From Thermodesulfobacteriota bacterium (lineage in GTDB: Bacteria; Desulfobacterota_D; UBA1144; Nemesobacterales; Mycalebacteriaceae): DNA of 64,000 nt. The translations under genes and the position numbers were made by a program. Each line of letters begins with the position of its first letter. The stretch's first letter is position 1. Location: positions 34,459 to 98,458 of the forward strand of contig CBDAQI010000005.1 of assembly GCA_965198945.1 (NCBI GenBank). The letters are read 5' to 3'. Under the pieces are notes generated by a model. It worked only from the letters and a program-made list of their open reading frames with translations, made no database searches and was not told the DNA's origin. Below are positions 9,610 to 19,380 of the stretch, piece by piece.

Positions 9610-10782
9610 GACAGATATTTACAAAATATCATTTTGGAATTGCTGACCACAAATCCGGCTGTAGTGCTGACGGGGCCGCGGCAGATTGGAAAGACAACTT
9701 TTGCAAAAGAGTTTTCCAAAAGTTTCAAAGCAGTCTACCGGGACTTGGAAAATTCCCGGGACCTTAAGCAGGTAAAGGACATTCAATTTTTTACAGAGCA
9801 ATATGCGGAGAATCTGATTATTCTGGATGAGGTTCAGAGGTTGCCGGAAATTTTCCCTGAAATCAGAGGTATCATAGACCGTAACAGGCGTGCTGGACGG
9901 GAAAACTGTCAATTTCTTTTTCTCGGTTCCGCTTCGCCGGACCTGCTGAGACAGACGAGCGAGAGTCTTGCGGGAAGAATTTCTCATGTTGAGCTTGCTT
10001 CTCTCAATTTGCTGGAACTGGACGAAAAATTTCACGACTTGCTCTGGCTGAAAGGGGGATTCCCGGAAAGTCTTAAACGTAATGAGCAAGACAGTTTTAA
10101 CTGGCGTTCCAGTATGGTCACAACTTACCTTGAAAGAGACATTCCGCAGTTCGGCTTTCGTATTCCGGCTGAAACAATGAGGCGTTTGTGGATGATGCTC
10201 TGCCACTATCCGGGCGGCATTTTGAATTCCGCCATGTTGTCCGGCAGTCTGGGAATCAGTGATAAAACCGTCATACGCTACCTTGATATTCTCGTGGATC
10301 TACTGCTTGTGAGAAGATTGCAGCCGTGGCACACAAACACAAAAAAGCGTCTTGTGAAGTCTCCGAAAATTTACATACGAGACTCCGGGTTGTTGCATAT
10401 GCTTTTGAATATAAAGACAAAAGACGATTTGCTCAATAATCCCATCTGCGGACAAAGCTGGGAGGGGTTTGTAATTGAGAATCTGATAAACAGTTCAAGG
10501 GAAAGCCATTATCCGTATTTCTACAGAACCCAGGCCGGAGCTGAGATAGACTTGCTTCTTTGCAGAGGCATTACTCCTGAAATTGCCATTGATATAAAAC
10601 TGTCTTCAAACCCGAAAACGCGAAAGGGATTTGACATAGCCTGTGATGATTTGAATGTCCGGCACCGTTTTGTGGTTTATCCCGGAGAGGAAACATATTT
10701 ATTAAAACCAAAAACTTACGCGGTTCCGCCCGCGGAATTATGCGGGTGGCTCTGGAACAGAGCAAAAGGGGAAATTCATTGA
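9604..10782 (+). CDS. AAA+ ATPase with HTH and C-terminal DUF4143 / PD-(D/E)xK-like domain (AAA_14-DUF4143 family)
   Basis: Walker A GPRQIGKT, Walker B LDEVQ, SESLAGR, GGFPE, KRLVKSPKIYIRDSG, and EIDLL...IDIK. Confidence 0.9.
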   Translation: MFDRYLQNIILELLTTNPAVVLTGPRQIGKTTFAKEFSKSFKAVYRDLENSRDLKQVKDIQFFTEQYAENLIILDEVQRLPEIFPEIRGIIDRNRRAGRENCQFLFLGSASPDLLRQTSESLAGRISHVELASLNLLELDEKFHDLLWLKGGFPESLKRNEQDSFNWRSSMVTTYLERDIPQFGFRIPAETMRRLWMMLCHYPGGILNSAMLSGSLGISDKTVIRYLDILVDLLLVRRLQPWHTNTKKRLVKSPKIYIRDSGLLHMLLNIKTKDDLLNNPICGQSWEGFVIENLINSSRESHYPYFYRTQAGAEIDLLLCRGITPEIAIDIKLSSNPKTRKGFDIACDDLNVRHRFVVYPGEETYLLKPKTYAVPPAELCGWLWNRAKGEIH

Positions 10783-10915
10783 ATTCAATGTGGAAATTTG
10801 GACGGGAAAATAAAAAATGCTCGCTGACATTCAGAAATCCACATATAAGTTTATTTCACGCATAAACTCGCTTCTTGAGGAGAAAGAAAAATATATTAGT
10901 TAGGGTTAGGTGTAT

Positions 10916-13270
10916 TTATATTTTGAAATGACTGACATATGGCTCATATTCTAATTCCTCTTTTTCTTCTCTTTCAACTTTGCTTTGCAAAATCTCTTTC
11001 ACAAATACCGACATTCCACTCAAAAGAGTTCTTTTTGGAGAAAACCGATCCTCTGAAAGGGCAAGCAGAAAAACTCCTTTCCGTGCGCGGGTAATTGCCA
11101 CATAAAACAATCGTCTTTCTTCCGCATTAGGAAACATTACATCTTCTTCAAGAACCATATTTAGAACAGGGTCATTCTGTATTCCGGAAGGAAAACCATA
11201 ACCATTAACGTCAAATTCATTGCCAAGAATAATAACCCAATCCTTCTCAATGCCCTTGGACTGATGGATAGTGCTGAATTCTATGGAAAGACCTTTTAAT
11301 TCAGCCTCCTTCTTTAATTCGTTCCAGTCAGCGGGCTTTGAATGTTTGTAGCGCCCCAAAACAAGGCATTCTTTACTGGCCTGACTCTGAAGAGAAATTC
11401 TATCAATTGCATATTGCAAAGCTTTCTTGCGTTGTATTGCTGACCGGCCATGTTGAATAACTCTTATTGGTTTTGCTTTTTTATTGAAGTCTATTCTGGA
11501 AGAGACTTCTTTTTTTAACTGCATTGGATTTTTTGTAATAAAAATTCTACTAAAATCAGCAATTTGCTGAGAAAAGCGAAAAGTCTCGTTCAAATCAGTA
11601 CGGCACATTGCGCCGACATACTCATCAAAATGCGTAATTAAATTTACGTTAGCCCCCTGAAATGAGTAAATTGACTGCCAATCATCACCAACACAAAACA
11701 GCCTTGCATCTCTAACCTGCTCCCGCAGCTCCAAAAGCATTTTTAGCCTTGCAAGTGTTATATCCTGATACTCGTCCACCAAAATATATTTAAATTGGGA
11801 CCGCCACTCACCCCGTTTCAAACATTGGGTTCCGCCAACAATCATATCCGTGTAATCAATTTCACCATTTTTGCCGAGTTCTCGCTCATAATTGTCTCTG
11901 AAAAATTCAAACAATTCCAAAAACACAATATCTCTATTAGAATTTGCCCGAGACTTAAGATAGTCTCCGGAAATTGAATTCTCTCTGCACAAAGAAAGAA
12001 ACTGGTCTATCAATTTGATAAAATTTGGAATAGGAGTGGAACCCTGCTTGATAAATTTCTCAATGTCTTGTCCTGAAACAGGTTTTTTTTCAACTCCATA
12101 TTGAAAAAGTTTTGTTTCAAGGGCATTCACCAGTCCGTCTTGCCGTCTTGCCTCATAACTATAAGTCTCTACAAGTTTGGTATTGTTTTCGCGATGAGTT
12201 TTTCTTTTCCAGTCAATACCTGCACTGTATTTTTCTTTACTGACTCCGGGAGCGGTATTGCCATCCTCATCTATACCAAAATGTTCAATCCATAAATCGT
12301 AGTCCGGCAGGTAAAAGTCCGGACGATAATTCCCTGGACATGGGTATTTTTTTTCATATTCCCATTTCACCCCGCTGAGAATCAGCCAGTTTGCTATTTG
12401 GACTTCTTCATAGCTCTTAAGTTCTTTGCCATCAAGGCTTTTCAGCCCTGCAACATATTGATTCTTTTCCAAATACTCAATTTTCTCTTCCACATTTTCT
12501 TCTGGATCTCCCTCAAATAGATAAGTGGAAAAGTATTGAGAAAACAAATCCCTTTGGTGGTGATTTTCAAACATATTTTTTAACGTTTTTTCAAAAAAAG
12601 GCTTGGCATCATTAGCAAGACCGCTTACTTTCGGAGACCTGCCCTGAACTTTTTCTACAATTTTGCGCCCAAGGGCATGAAGCGTATAAACAGGGATACT
12701 GAAATTTATTTCTTTTTTTAATCTTTTCTCAATCTCTCTTTGCGCATCTACGTTGTATACGACAATAAGAATCTCTTGCGGCTCTGCAATTTTTTGGTTC
12801 AGAAGATAAGAAACCTTGCCAAGAATTGTTCGAGTTTTTCCCGAACCCGCGCCAGCATTAACTAAATTAGCATCTTCGTCTCTGACAACTGCAAGCCGCT
12901 GAGATTCTGTCAAACCCAGACCATCAAAAAAATTTTTTGACTGCACAAGTCTTTTTTCAACAAATCTTTCGTTGATTTCATCTATAAAGGCTCTGCTTTC
13001 CAGCAAACGCTTTGCTTTCCCGAATTTGGCTCGCAAATTTGCTTTCAGAAAAATAAAATCAAAAAATGAATTACGAAAACAACTGAATTCTGCCTCAGCA
13101 AGTTGTCTCTCAGCTTTTTTCCTGTTTAGATATTCGCCACTAGCCTCTCTTTTAAGTTTTTGCTCAATATCCTCAAATTTAGCAATAAAGCACTCTGCCT
13201 CCCGGCATCTGCTCTTTCTTTTATAGTAGTAAAAAACCGCTATTGGAACAATGGCAAAGATAATTTCCAT
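10916..13270 (-). CDS. UvrD/DNA helicase IV-like SF1 helicase with N-terminal hydrophobic anchor and internal PD-(D/E)xK-like insertion
   Basis: AGAGSGKT, VDEYQD, VGDDWQSIY, STIHQSKG and EERRLFYVAITRA motifs. Insertion YRPDFYL...IEHFG. Confidence 0.88.
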   Translation of the reverse strand: MEIIFAIVPIAVFYYYKRKSRCREAECFIAKFEDIEQKLKREASGEYLNRKKAERQLAEAEFSCFRNSFFDFIFLKANLRAKFGKAKRLLESRAFIDEINERFVEKRLVQSKNFFDGLGLTESQRLAVVRDEDANLVNAGAGSGKTRTILGKVSYLLNQKIAEPQEILIVVYNVDAQREIEKRLKKEINFSIPVYTLHALGRKIVEKVQGRSPKVSGLANDAKPFFEKTLKNMFENHHQRDLFSQYFSTYLFEGDPEENVEEKIEYLEKNQYVAGLKSLDGKELKSYEEVQIANWLILSGVKWEYEKKYPCPGNYRPDFYLPDYDLWIEHFGIDEDGNTAPGVSKEKYSAGIDWKRKTHRENNTKLVETYSYEARRQDGLVNALETKLFQYGVEKKPVSGQDIEKFIKQGSTPIPNFIKLIDQFLSLCRENSISGDYLKSRANSNRDIVFLELFEFFRDNYERELGKNGEIDYTDMIVGGTQCLKRGEWRSQFKYILVDEYQDITLARLKMLLELREQVRDARLFCVGDDWQSIYSFQGANVNLITHFDEYVGAMCRTDLNETFRFSQQIADFSRIFITKNPMQLKKEVSSRIDFNKKAKPIRVIQHGRSAIQRKKALQYAIDRISLQSQASKECLVLGRYKHSKPADWNELKKEAELKGLSIEFSTIHQSKGIEKDWVIILGNEFDVNGYGFPSGIQNDPVLNMVLEEDVMFPNAEERRLFYVAITRARKGVFLLALSEDRFSPKRTLLSGMSVFVKEILQSKVEREEKEELEYEPYVSHFKI

Positions 13271-13322
13271 TACGGTTTACCCGAAGCGAATCATAGAGCG
13301 ATAATAAATCAAGGGCGAACAA

Positions 13323-14597
13323 TCAGCACTCAATCCTCTCCACCCCATCCATATAAGGCACAAGAGCGTCGGGAATTTTCACACTCCCGTCTTTCCGCTG
13401 ATAATTTTCAAGTATCGCCACAACGGTTCTACCAATTGCAAGACCTGACCCGTTAAGTGTGTGAACAAAAGCCGTTTTCTTCCCGTCTTTGAACCTGATT
13501 GCCGCCCTTCTCGCCTGAAAATCCTCAAAATTACTGCATGAGGAAATCTCCCTGTATGCGCCCTCACCCGGAAGCCAGACCTCTATGTCATATGTTTTCG
13601 CCGAAGAAAACCCCAAATCCCCTGAACACAGCGTTACAACCCTGTAATGAAGACCGAGCCGCTCAAGGATTCCGCAGGCATCCTTGGTCAATGTCTCAAG
13701 TTCATCATAAGAATCTTCGGGACGCACAAACTTTACCAACTCAACCTTGTTGAACTGATGCTGACGCATAATGCCCTTTGTATCCTTTCCGTAGGAACCG
13801 GCTTCACTGCGGAAACAGGGTGTGTATGCGGCGTATTTAATTGGCAGGTCAGCGCCGGGAATTATTTCATCACGGTATATGTTCGTAACCGGCACCTCGG
13901 CAGTCGGAATCAAATAGTAATCCGTGCCTTTCAGTTTGAAAAGATCCTCTTCAAATTTTGGCAGACTGCCTGTGCCGGTCAAACTCGCCGTGTTTGCGGC
14001 AAAAGGCGGAAGCGTTTCTGTATAGCCGTTTTCCTTTGTGTGAACATCAAGCATAAAATTTGCCAGTGCGCGCTCAAGACGCGCGCCCGCCCCGAAATAG
14101 AAAGCAAAACGCGAACCGGTTATCTTAGCCGCCCTTTCAAGGTCAAGAATGCCGAGATTTGCGCCTATTTCGTCATGGCGCAGCGGCTTAAAATCAAATT
14201 CGGGCTTTTCGCCCCATTTTTTCACTTCAACGTTATCGTCTTCGCCGGAACCGGACGGAACGGCGGGATGCGGAATGTTGGGGATTCCAAGCATCTCAGT
14301 TTTTATTTTTTCCTCAATACCGGTCCGGTCGGCGTTGAGCAATTTCACTTTCCCGGAAACATTCTTAAGTTTGTCGGAAAGCTCTGCAAACTCTTTATCG
14401 TTTCCCCGCTTTTTGAGCGCAGCCATCTCACGCGAGCCTTCATTGCGAATCCGCTCAAACTCCTCAACCTGTAAAATCACATCGCGCCTTTTGTCAAAAA
14501 GGGCTTTCAAAGCCGCGGAATCAAATCTGAAACCCCGCGACGACAGCTTTTTCTTTACTTCATCAAGATTTTTTTCAACAAATTTCCAGTCAAGCAT
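13323..14597 (-). CDS. serS: Serine--tRNA ligase
   Basis: [21 protein letters not shown] and TLNGSGLA motifs. Confidence 0.98.
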   Translation of the reverse strand: MLDWKFVEKNLDEVKKKLSSRGFRFDSAALKALFDKRRDVILQVEEFERIRNEGSREMAALKKRGNDKEFAELSDKLKNVSGKVKLLNADRTGIEEKIKTEMLGIPNIPHPAVPSGSGEDDNVEVKKWGEKPEFDFKPLRHDEIGANLGILDLERAAKITGSRFAFYFGAGARLERALANFMLDVHTKENGYTETLPPFAANTASLTGTGSLPKFEEDLFKLKGTDYYLIPTAEVPVTNIYRDEIIPGADLPIKYAAYTPCFRSEAGSYGKDTKGIMRQHQFNKVELVKFVRPEDSYDELETLTKDACGILERLGLHYRVVTLCSGDLGFSSAKTYDIEVWLPGEGAYREISSCSNFEDFQARRAAIRFKDGKKTAFVHTLNGSGLAIGRTVVAILENYQRKDGSVKIPDALVPYMDGVERIEC

Positions 14598-14671
14598 TAA
14601 CTCAGCTCCCGTTCAAACAAGAAGATACAGGATAACACAAAACCGAATCTGAAATCCCGGCTCTCTCCGCT

Positions 14672-14700
14672 TTGACAATGAAAAAACACGCGGTTAATTT
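14672..14700 (+). promoter_or_regulatory. Sigma70-type promoter upstream of the metal-dependent hydrolase and ald
   Basis: TTGACA-N17-TAATTT. Confidence 0.6.
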
Positions 14701-14733
14701 GCTTTTATACATATCGCAGGGAGGAAAGGTAGC

Positions 14734-15453
14734 TTGAGCAAATTTACCGACGGAACTGAAATAACATACTACGGACACTCAACTTTTCTGATTAAAACCC
14801 CGGGGGGCAAGTCGGTGCTGATAGACCCGTGGGTCAAAGGCAACCCGGCGTGTCCGGAAAAACTGCATCAAATTGAAAAAGTTGATGTCATTGCTATAAC
14901 ACACGGGCATTTTGACCACATAAGCGATGCGGTTGAAATCGCAAAAGAGCATAAACCTCAAGTGGTGGCAAACTGGGAAATCTGTGCCTGGCTCGGAACA
15001 AAAGGCGTTGAAAACTGCTGCCCGATGAACAAAGGCGGCGGACAGGCCGTTGAGGGTGTCAGATTCGTGATGACTCACGCCCAGCACTCAAGCGGAATCA
15101 GCGAAGAAAACGGCACAACGGTATACGGCGGAGAACCGGCGGGATTTGTAATTGAGCTTGAAAACGGATACCGGATGTATCATGCGGGAGACACCAACAT
15201 TTTCAGCGATATGAAACTAATCAAAGAGATATACGCGCCGAAACTCGCTTTTCTCCCCATAGGAGACCTGTTCACAATGTCTCCGCTTGAAGCATCTTTC
15301 GCCTGCGGGTTTTTGTCACCGGAAATTGTCATACCTATGCACTACGCAACTTTTCCACCGCTTACGGGCACCCCCGAAGAACTTAAAAAACTCACTTCAA
15401 AAATCAAAGAGCTTGAAGTGGTCGCACTTGTGCCGGGAGAAACGCTTAAATAA
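14734..15453 (+). CDS. Metal-dependent hydrolase, MBL fold (UPF0173-like)
   Basis: THGHFDH, HAGDT and IPMHY motifs. TTG start after GGAGG. Confidence 0.9.
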   Translation: MSKFTDGTEITYYGHSTFLIKTPGGKSVLIDPWVKGNPACPEKLHQIEKVDVIAITHGHFDHISDAVEIAKEHKPQVVANWEICAWLGTKGVENCCPMNKGGGQAVEGVRFVMTHAQHSSGISEENGTTVYGGEPAGFVIELENGYRMYHAGDTNIFSDMKLIKEIYAPKLAFLPIGDLFTMSPLEASFACGFLSPEIVIPMHYATFPPLTGTPEELKKLTSKIKELEVVALVPGETLK

Positions 15454-15462
15454 CAAAACACC

Positions 15463-16515
15463 ATGAAAATAGGAATTCCCAAAGAGGTAAAAACTTCAGA
15501 ATTCAGAGTCGCTCTGACCCCTCACGCCATACGCACGCTTGTGGAAGCGGGGCACGAGGCAATCGTTGAAAAAGGCGCCGGAGATGGAACCGGCATAACA
15601 GATGCGCAATACTCGGCCGCGGGAGCGGAAATTGCGGCCTCCGCGCCGGAAATTTTTGAGAAGGCGTCGCTGATTGTCAAAGTCAAGGAACCGCAGAAAA
15701 GCGAATACGCGCTTATCAACAAGAAACATATCCTTTTCTGCTATCTCCATCTGGCCGCGGACAAGAAATTGACGGAAGCGCTTGTGGCTTCGGGAGCAAA
15801 GGCGGTAGCTTTTGAAACCGTGCAAACAGAAGACGGCTCTCTGCCGCTTCTTGAACCGATGAGCATAATAGCGGGAAGACTTTCCGCACAGGTGGGAGCC
15901 GCTTTTCTCCAGAAAGACAACGGAGGCAAAGGAGTTCTGCCCGGGGGAGTTCCGGGAGTCAGGCCTGCGAAAACCCTGGTTGTGGGAGGCGGAACCGTCG
16001 GCCGGAATGCGGCCTCGGTTGCGCTCGGCATGGGAGCCGAAGTTACGATAGTAGATAAAAATCAGGCAAAACTCACCATGCTTCATGAACAATTCGGAGG
16101 CAGGATCAAAACACTGCCGTCCTACAAATCCCTGATAAATGAGGAGTGTGCAAAATCAGACCTTGTTGTCGGTGCGGTTCTTATTCCGGGTCTCAGGGCT
16201 CCGAATATCATAAGCGGGGAAGCAATTGCCGGGATGGAAAACGGTTCCGTTTTTGTGGATGTGTCAATTGACCAGGGAGGGTGCTCCGAAACAAGCCGCC
16301 CGACCTCCCATAAAGATCCGGTATATGAACAGCACGGGATAATCCACTACTGCGTGACAAACATCCCGTCGCTTGCGGCAAGAACCTCAACCTACGCGCT
16401 TTCCGGAAAAATCACTCCGTATATTCTGAAAATCGGCGGCGGCGAACTTGACCAATCCCTTGAAAAAGGCGTCAATGTTGACGGGGGAAAACTTCTTATT
16501 GACACGGCAGCCTGA
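15463..16515 (+). CDS. ald: Alanine dehydrogenase
   Basis: GIPKEVK..EFRVALTP, KVKEP, YLHLAA and DVSIDQGG motifs. Confidence 0.95.
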   Translation: MKIGIPKEVKTSEFRVALTPHAIRTLVEAGHEAIVEKGAGDGTGITDAQYSAAGAEIAASAPEIFEKASLIVKVKEPQKSEYALINKKHILFCYLHLAADKKLTEALVASGAKAVAFETVQTEDGSLPLLEPMSIIAGRLSAQVGAAFLQKDNGGKGVLPGGVPGVRPAKTLVVGGGTVGRNAASVALGMGAEVTIVDKNQAKLTMLHEQFGGRIKTLPSYKSLINEECAKSDLVVGAVLIPGLRAPNIISGEAIAGMENGSVFVDVSIDQGGCSETSRPTSHKDPVYEQHGIIHYCVTNIPSLAARTSTYALSGKITPYILKIGGGELDQSLEKGVNVDGGKLLIDTAA

Positions 16516-16573
16516 AGGAGTGAGCCAAAAAACTTGACTGCGGGCTCCAATGGTTGATATTTAGGGCGATAAA

Positions 16574-17242
16574 ATGCTGAAAAAAACGGTTCCTCTGCTT
16601 GCCATTCTCACTCTCGTTGTCTGCTCATGCGGATCAAAGCGCGACTACTCAAACATGTCCGCACAACAGATGTTCACCGAGGCGTCGGAAATTGCGGAAA
16701 AAGGTTCGCGCTCTCGGGACAACGCCCTTGAAATGCTCAAAGAACTTCAGCTAAGGCATTCTTTCAGCCCCTACGCGCCCGTGGCGTCTCTGAAAACGGC
16801 TGACATATATTTTGATGCCAGCAGATACAGAAGCGCCGCTGACCAGTATGGAAAATTCATATCTGATAACCCCGGCAATGAAAACCGGGAGTGGGCGATG
16901 TACCGGCTTTCCGAAAGTTTCTACAGGCTGAAAAATTCATACAAAAGAGACCAGCAGCCGTGTAAAAGAGCCATCTACTGGTATCAGTCATTCCTTTCAT
17001 ATTATCCGAACTCGGAGTTGAAAAGTGAGGCGCTGTCAAAAATAAACGACTGTGCTGAAACTGTGGCCGAAAACGAACTTGAGATAGGAAAATTCTATCT
17101 GAAACGCAAACACTACGAAGCCGCGCGGCGCAGATTCACCTACCTCGCGGACAATTTCCCCAAAACCGAAGCGGCGCGGAAATCGGAAGAGCTTCTCGCA
17201 AAAATTCCTCCCGACGCACAAAACAAAACTAAAACCGAATAA
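16574..17242 (+). CDS. bamD: Outer membrane protein assembly lipoprotein BamD
   Basis: Lipoprotein-like signal with Cys, TPR-like helices, RDQ and ELEIGKFYLKR. Confidence 0.85.
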   Translation: MLKKTVPLLAILTLVVCSCGSKRDYSNMSAQQMFTEASEIAEKGSRSRDNALEMLKELQLRHSFSPYAPVASLKTADIYFDASRYRSAADQYGKFISDNPGNENREWAMYRLSESFYRLKNSYKRDQQPCKRAIYWYQSFLSYYPNSELKSEALSKINDCAETVAENELEIGKFYLKRKHYEAARRRFTYLADNFPKTEAARKSEELLAKIPPDAQNKTKTE

Positions 17243-17250
17243 AACATCAA

Positions 17251-18321
17251 ATGCCCTTCAAAACAATTGAATGGAAAAACGGCAAGGCGGTTATGCTTGA
17301 CCAGAGAAAACTGCCCGGAAAAAAAACCTACCTGAAATGCTCAACCCATAAAGAGGTTGCCGAAGCAATATGTTCAATGGCAATAAGAGGAGCTCCCGCA
17401 ATAGGCATTGCGGCGGCAATGGGTTTCGCCCTCGGAGCCGCGGAAAACAAGAAAGCGCTTACGAAGCGGGCTTTTTTAAAAAAAATGTCAAAGGTTCACA
17501 AGACCCTCGGACAGACTCGTCCGACGGCGGTCAATCTTTTCTGGGCTCTTGAGCGGATGGAAAAACTGCTGTTTGCAAACAGTGAAATGCCCCCGGAAGA
17601 TATTGCTGAAATTCTGAAAGCCGAAGCCATGGCAATATGTGAAGAAGACCTGGACCTCTGTAAAAAAATAGGAAAGGCCGGAGAACCGCTCATAAAAGAC
17701 GGCGCAACCATTATGACACACTGCAACGCCGGCGGCCTTGCAACCGCCGGATACGGGACGGCTCTGGGGGTTTTAAGAGCGGCACGGGATGCCGGAAAAA
17801 AAATAAATGTCATATCATCCGAAACACGCCCCCTGCTTCAAGGGTCGCGTCTTACGGCCTGGGAGCTTACGGATGAAAAAATCCCGGTTACCGTCATAAC
17901 CGACACCGCTGCGGGGTTTGTCATGAAAAACAGAGGCGTGGACGCCGTAATCGTGGGAGCCGACAGAATTGCGGCAAACTGCGATGTGGCAAACAAAATA
18001 GGAACATATCAGCTTTCGGTTCTCGCAAAGCACCACGGAGTCGCGTTTTATGTCGCCGCGCCGTGGTCAACCGTTGATATGAATTGTGCTTCGGGAAAAG
18101 ACATTCCCATAGAAGAAAGGAGCGGAAGGGAGGTATCTCACATTGGAAAGACAAAGACCGCAGCCGGCGGCGCGAAAATAATCAATCCGGCTTTTGATAT
18201 AACTCCCGCAGAAAATATAGACTGTATCATAACGGACAGAGGGTTGGTAAAGCCGCCCTGCGGAAAGGAGTTGAAAAAACTCAGCCGGCCTTCTCCATCT
18301 CTTCCTGGGCCTCAATATTAA
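17251..18321 (+). CDS. mtnA: Methylthioribose-1-phosphate isomerase
   Basis: LDQRKLP, RGAPAIG, RPTAVNL, THCNAGGLAT, GADRI and NKIGT motifs. Confidence 0.96.
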   Translation: MPFKTIEWKNGKAVMLDQRKLPGKKTYLKCSTHKEVAEAICSMAIRGAPAIGIAAAMGFALGAAENKKALTKRAFLKKMSKVHKTLGQTRPTAVNLFWALERMEKLLFANSEMPPEDIAEILKAEAMAICEEDLDLCKKIGKAGEPLIKDGATIMTHCNAGGLATAGYGTALGVLRAARDAGKKINVISSETRPLLQGSRLTAWELTDEKIPVTVITDTAAGFVMKNRGVDAVIVGADRIAANCDVANKIGTYQLSVLAKHHGVAFYVAAPWSTVDMNCASGKDIPIEERSGREVSHIGKTKTAAGGAKIINPAFDITPAENIDCIITDRGLVKPPCGKELKKLSRPSPSLPGPQY

Positions 18322-18796
18322 ACCGTGCCAGAGGCATAACACGCAAACGGTCTTCACCGATTTTTTCACCGGTCATTTCGCAGATTCCATATGTTCCCTC
18401 GCGTATGCGCCGCAGCGCCTCTTCTATCTGACCCAGTTTCTTACGCTCCCTTTCAGAAAAGGTCAGAGATAAAATCCTGTCTCTGTCGCTGGATGCCTTG
18501 TCGTAGAAATCTCCCACATCAAGGTCTATTTGCTCGGTCTGATTCTCCATTGAGCGCGAAACATCCTTCAAAATGCTCTCTCTCATTGAAAGAAGCTCTT
18601 TTGTCATCTCGTTAAGAAAACGTTTTCCGTATTTAGAGGAACTCACAGACTTTGTTTTTTTTGATTTTTCTGTTTTCGCTTTACGGGAAAAGGTTTTCTT
18701 TGTCGCAGCTCCTGTTTTATTCTTCGCGGACAGTTTTTGAGCCCCACCACCTCCGGCGGGTGTTTTTTTCTTCTTGCTTACGGTTTTTTCAGTCAA
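18281..18796 (-). CDS. dksA: DksA/TraR family protein, single-Cys type, Lys-rich N-terminus
   Basis: Coiled-coil tip DFYDKA and YGICEMTGEKI...RL...P. Confidence 0.85.
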   Translation of the reverse strand: MTEKTVSKKKKTPAGGGGAQKLSAKNKTGAATKKTFSRKAKTEKSKKTKSVSSSKYGKRFLNEMTKELLSMRESILKDVSRSMENQTEQIDLDVGDFYDKASSDRDRILSLTFSERERKKLGQIEEALRRIREGTYGICEMTGEKIGEDRLRVMPLARFNIEAQEEMEKAG

Positions 18797-18874
18797 TTCA
18801 GCACCTTCCGTTTTAACAAATCCCGCAACTTTGGAGTCCCTTTTCAGGAAAAATCGGAACCCGGACCGACTAAT

Positions 18875-18907
18875 CCGCCGTTTCAGAGGTGTTATAACTA
18901 TTTGAAT
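18875..18907 (+). repeat. 33-bp direct repeat, copy 1
   Basis: CCGCCGTTTCAGAGGTGTTATAACTATTTGAAT; 30/33 identical to 21391-21423. Confidence 0.85.
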
Positions 18908-19124
18908 AAACAGAGATTGTCAAGATGAAAAGAGTTAACATAATAAAAGTTTTTTGACGAGTGGGGGAGACAGGGTAACCGGTCGTCAAATCAATGGACT
19001 GGATTAGGCTCTGTAATGTTTCCGCCGCCAAGAAAAGGTGTTTACTTCCGCACACGGGAAGAGAAGTGCGGGAATGACAAAGAAAATATGGAAATAGATG
19101 GAAGACATAGCTCCTCCCTTTGAA

Positions 19125-19269
19125 ATCATTCTGTGTCTGACACACAATCCGAGGGTTTATGGCAGGACTTGTCGGAATACTGGATTCCCGTTTCCACGGG
19201 AATGACTGGGAAAAAAATGGGAATTACGGGGAAAGAAATGGAAATGACAGAAAAGAATGCGGTAATGAC
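19125..19269 (+). repeat. Palindromic intergenic element (dRS3-like ATTCCC-N8-GGGAAT) with tandem GGnAATnAC units
   Basis: AATACTGGATTCCCGTTTCCACGGGAATGAC at 19176-19206. Units at 19198, 19219, 19240 and 19261. Confidence 0.75.
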
Positions 19270-19299
19270 TGATGTAACGTATATGAAATCGTTTGAATA

Positions 19300-19333
19300 A
19301 ATTGAAGGGGAGGCAAAACCTCCCCATTCAATT
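19300..19333. terminator. Hairpin terminator downstream of the repeat-protein gene
   Basis: GGGGAGG-CAAAA-CCTCCCC stem flanked by AATTGAA and TTCAATT. Confidence 0.6.
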
Positions 19334-19380
19334 GTAGCGGCAGACTGCAGAAAAGACGGACTAACCAGCCAAAATGGTTA

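Noticed and set aside
13647..14474. Long antisense ORFs (also 31982-32698, 46397-47137 and 53848-54543)
   Set aside because: They are shadow ORFs opposite well-supported genes and carry no motifs of their own.
18875..18907. Possible dif/Xer site
   Set aside because: No XerD-like TTATGTTAAAT arm at 6-bp spacing.
19198..19269. Possible mini-CRISPR array
   Set aside because: Repeat units are only 9 bp and degenerate with 12-bp spacers, and no cas genes are present.
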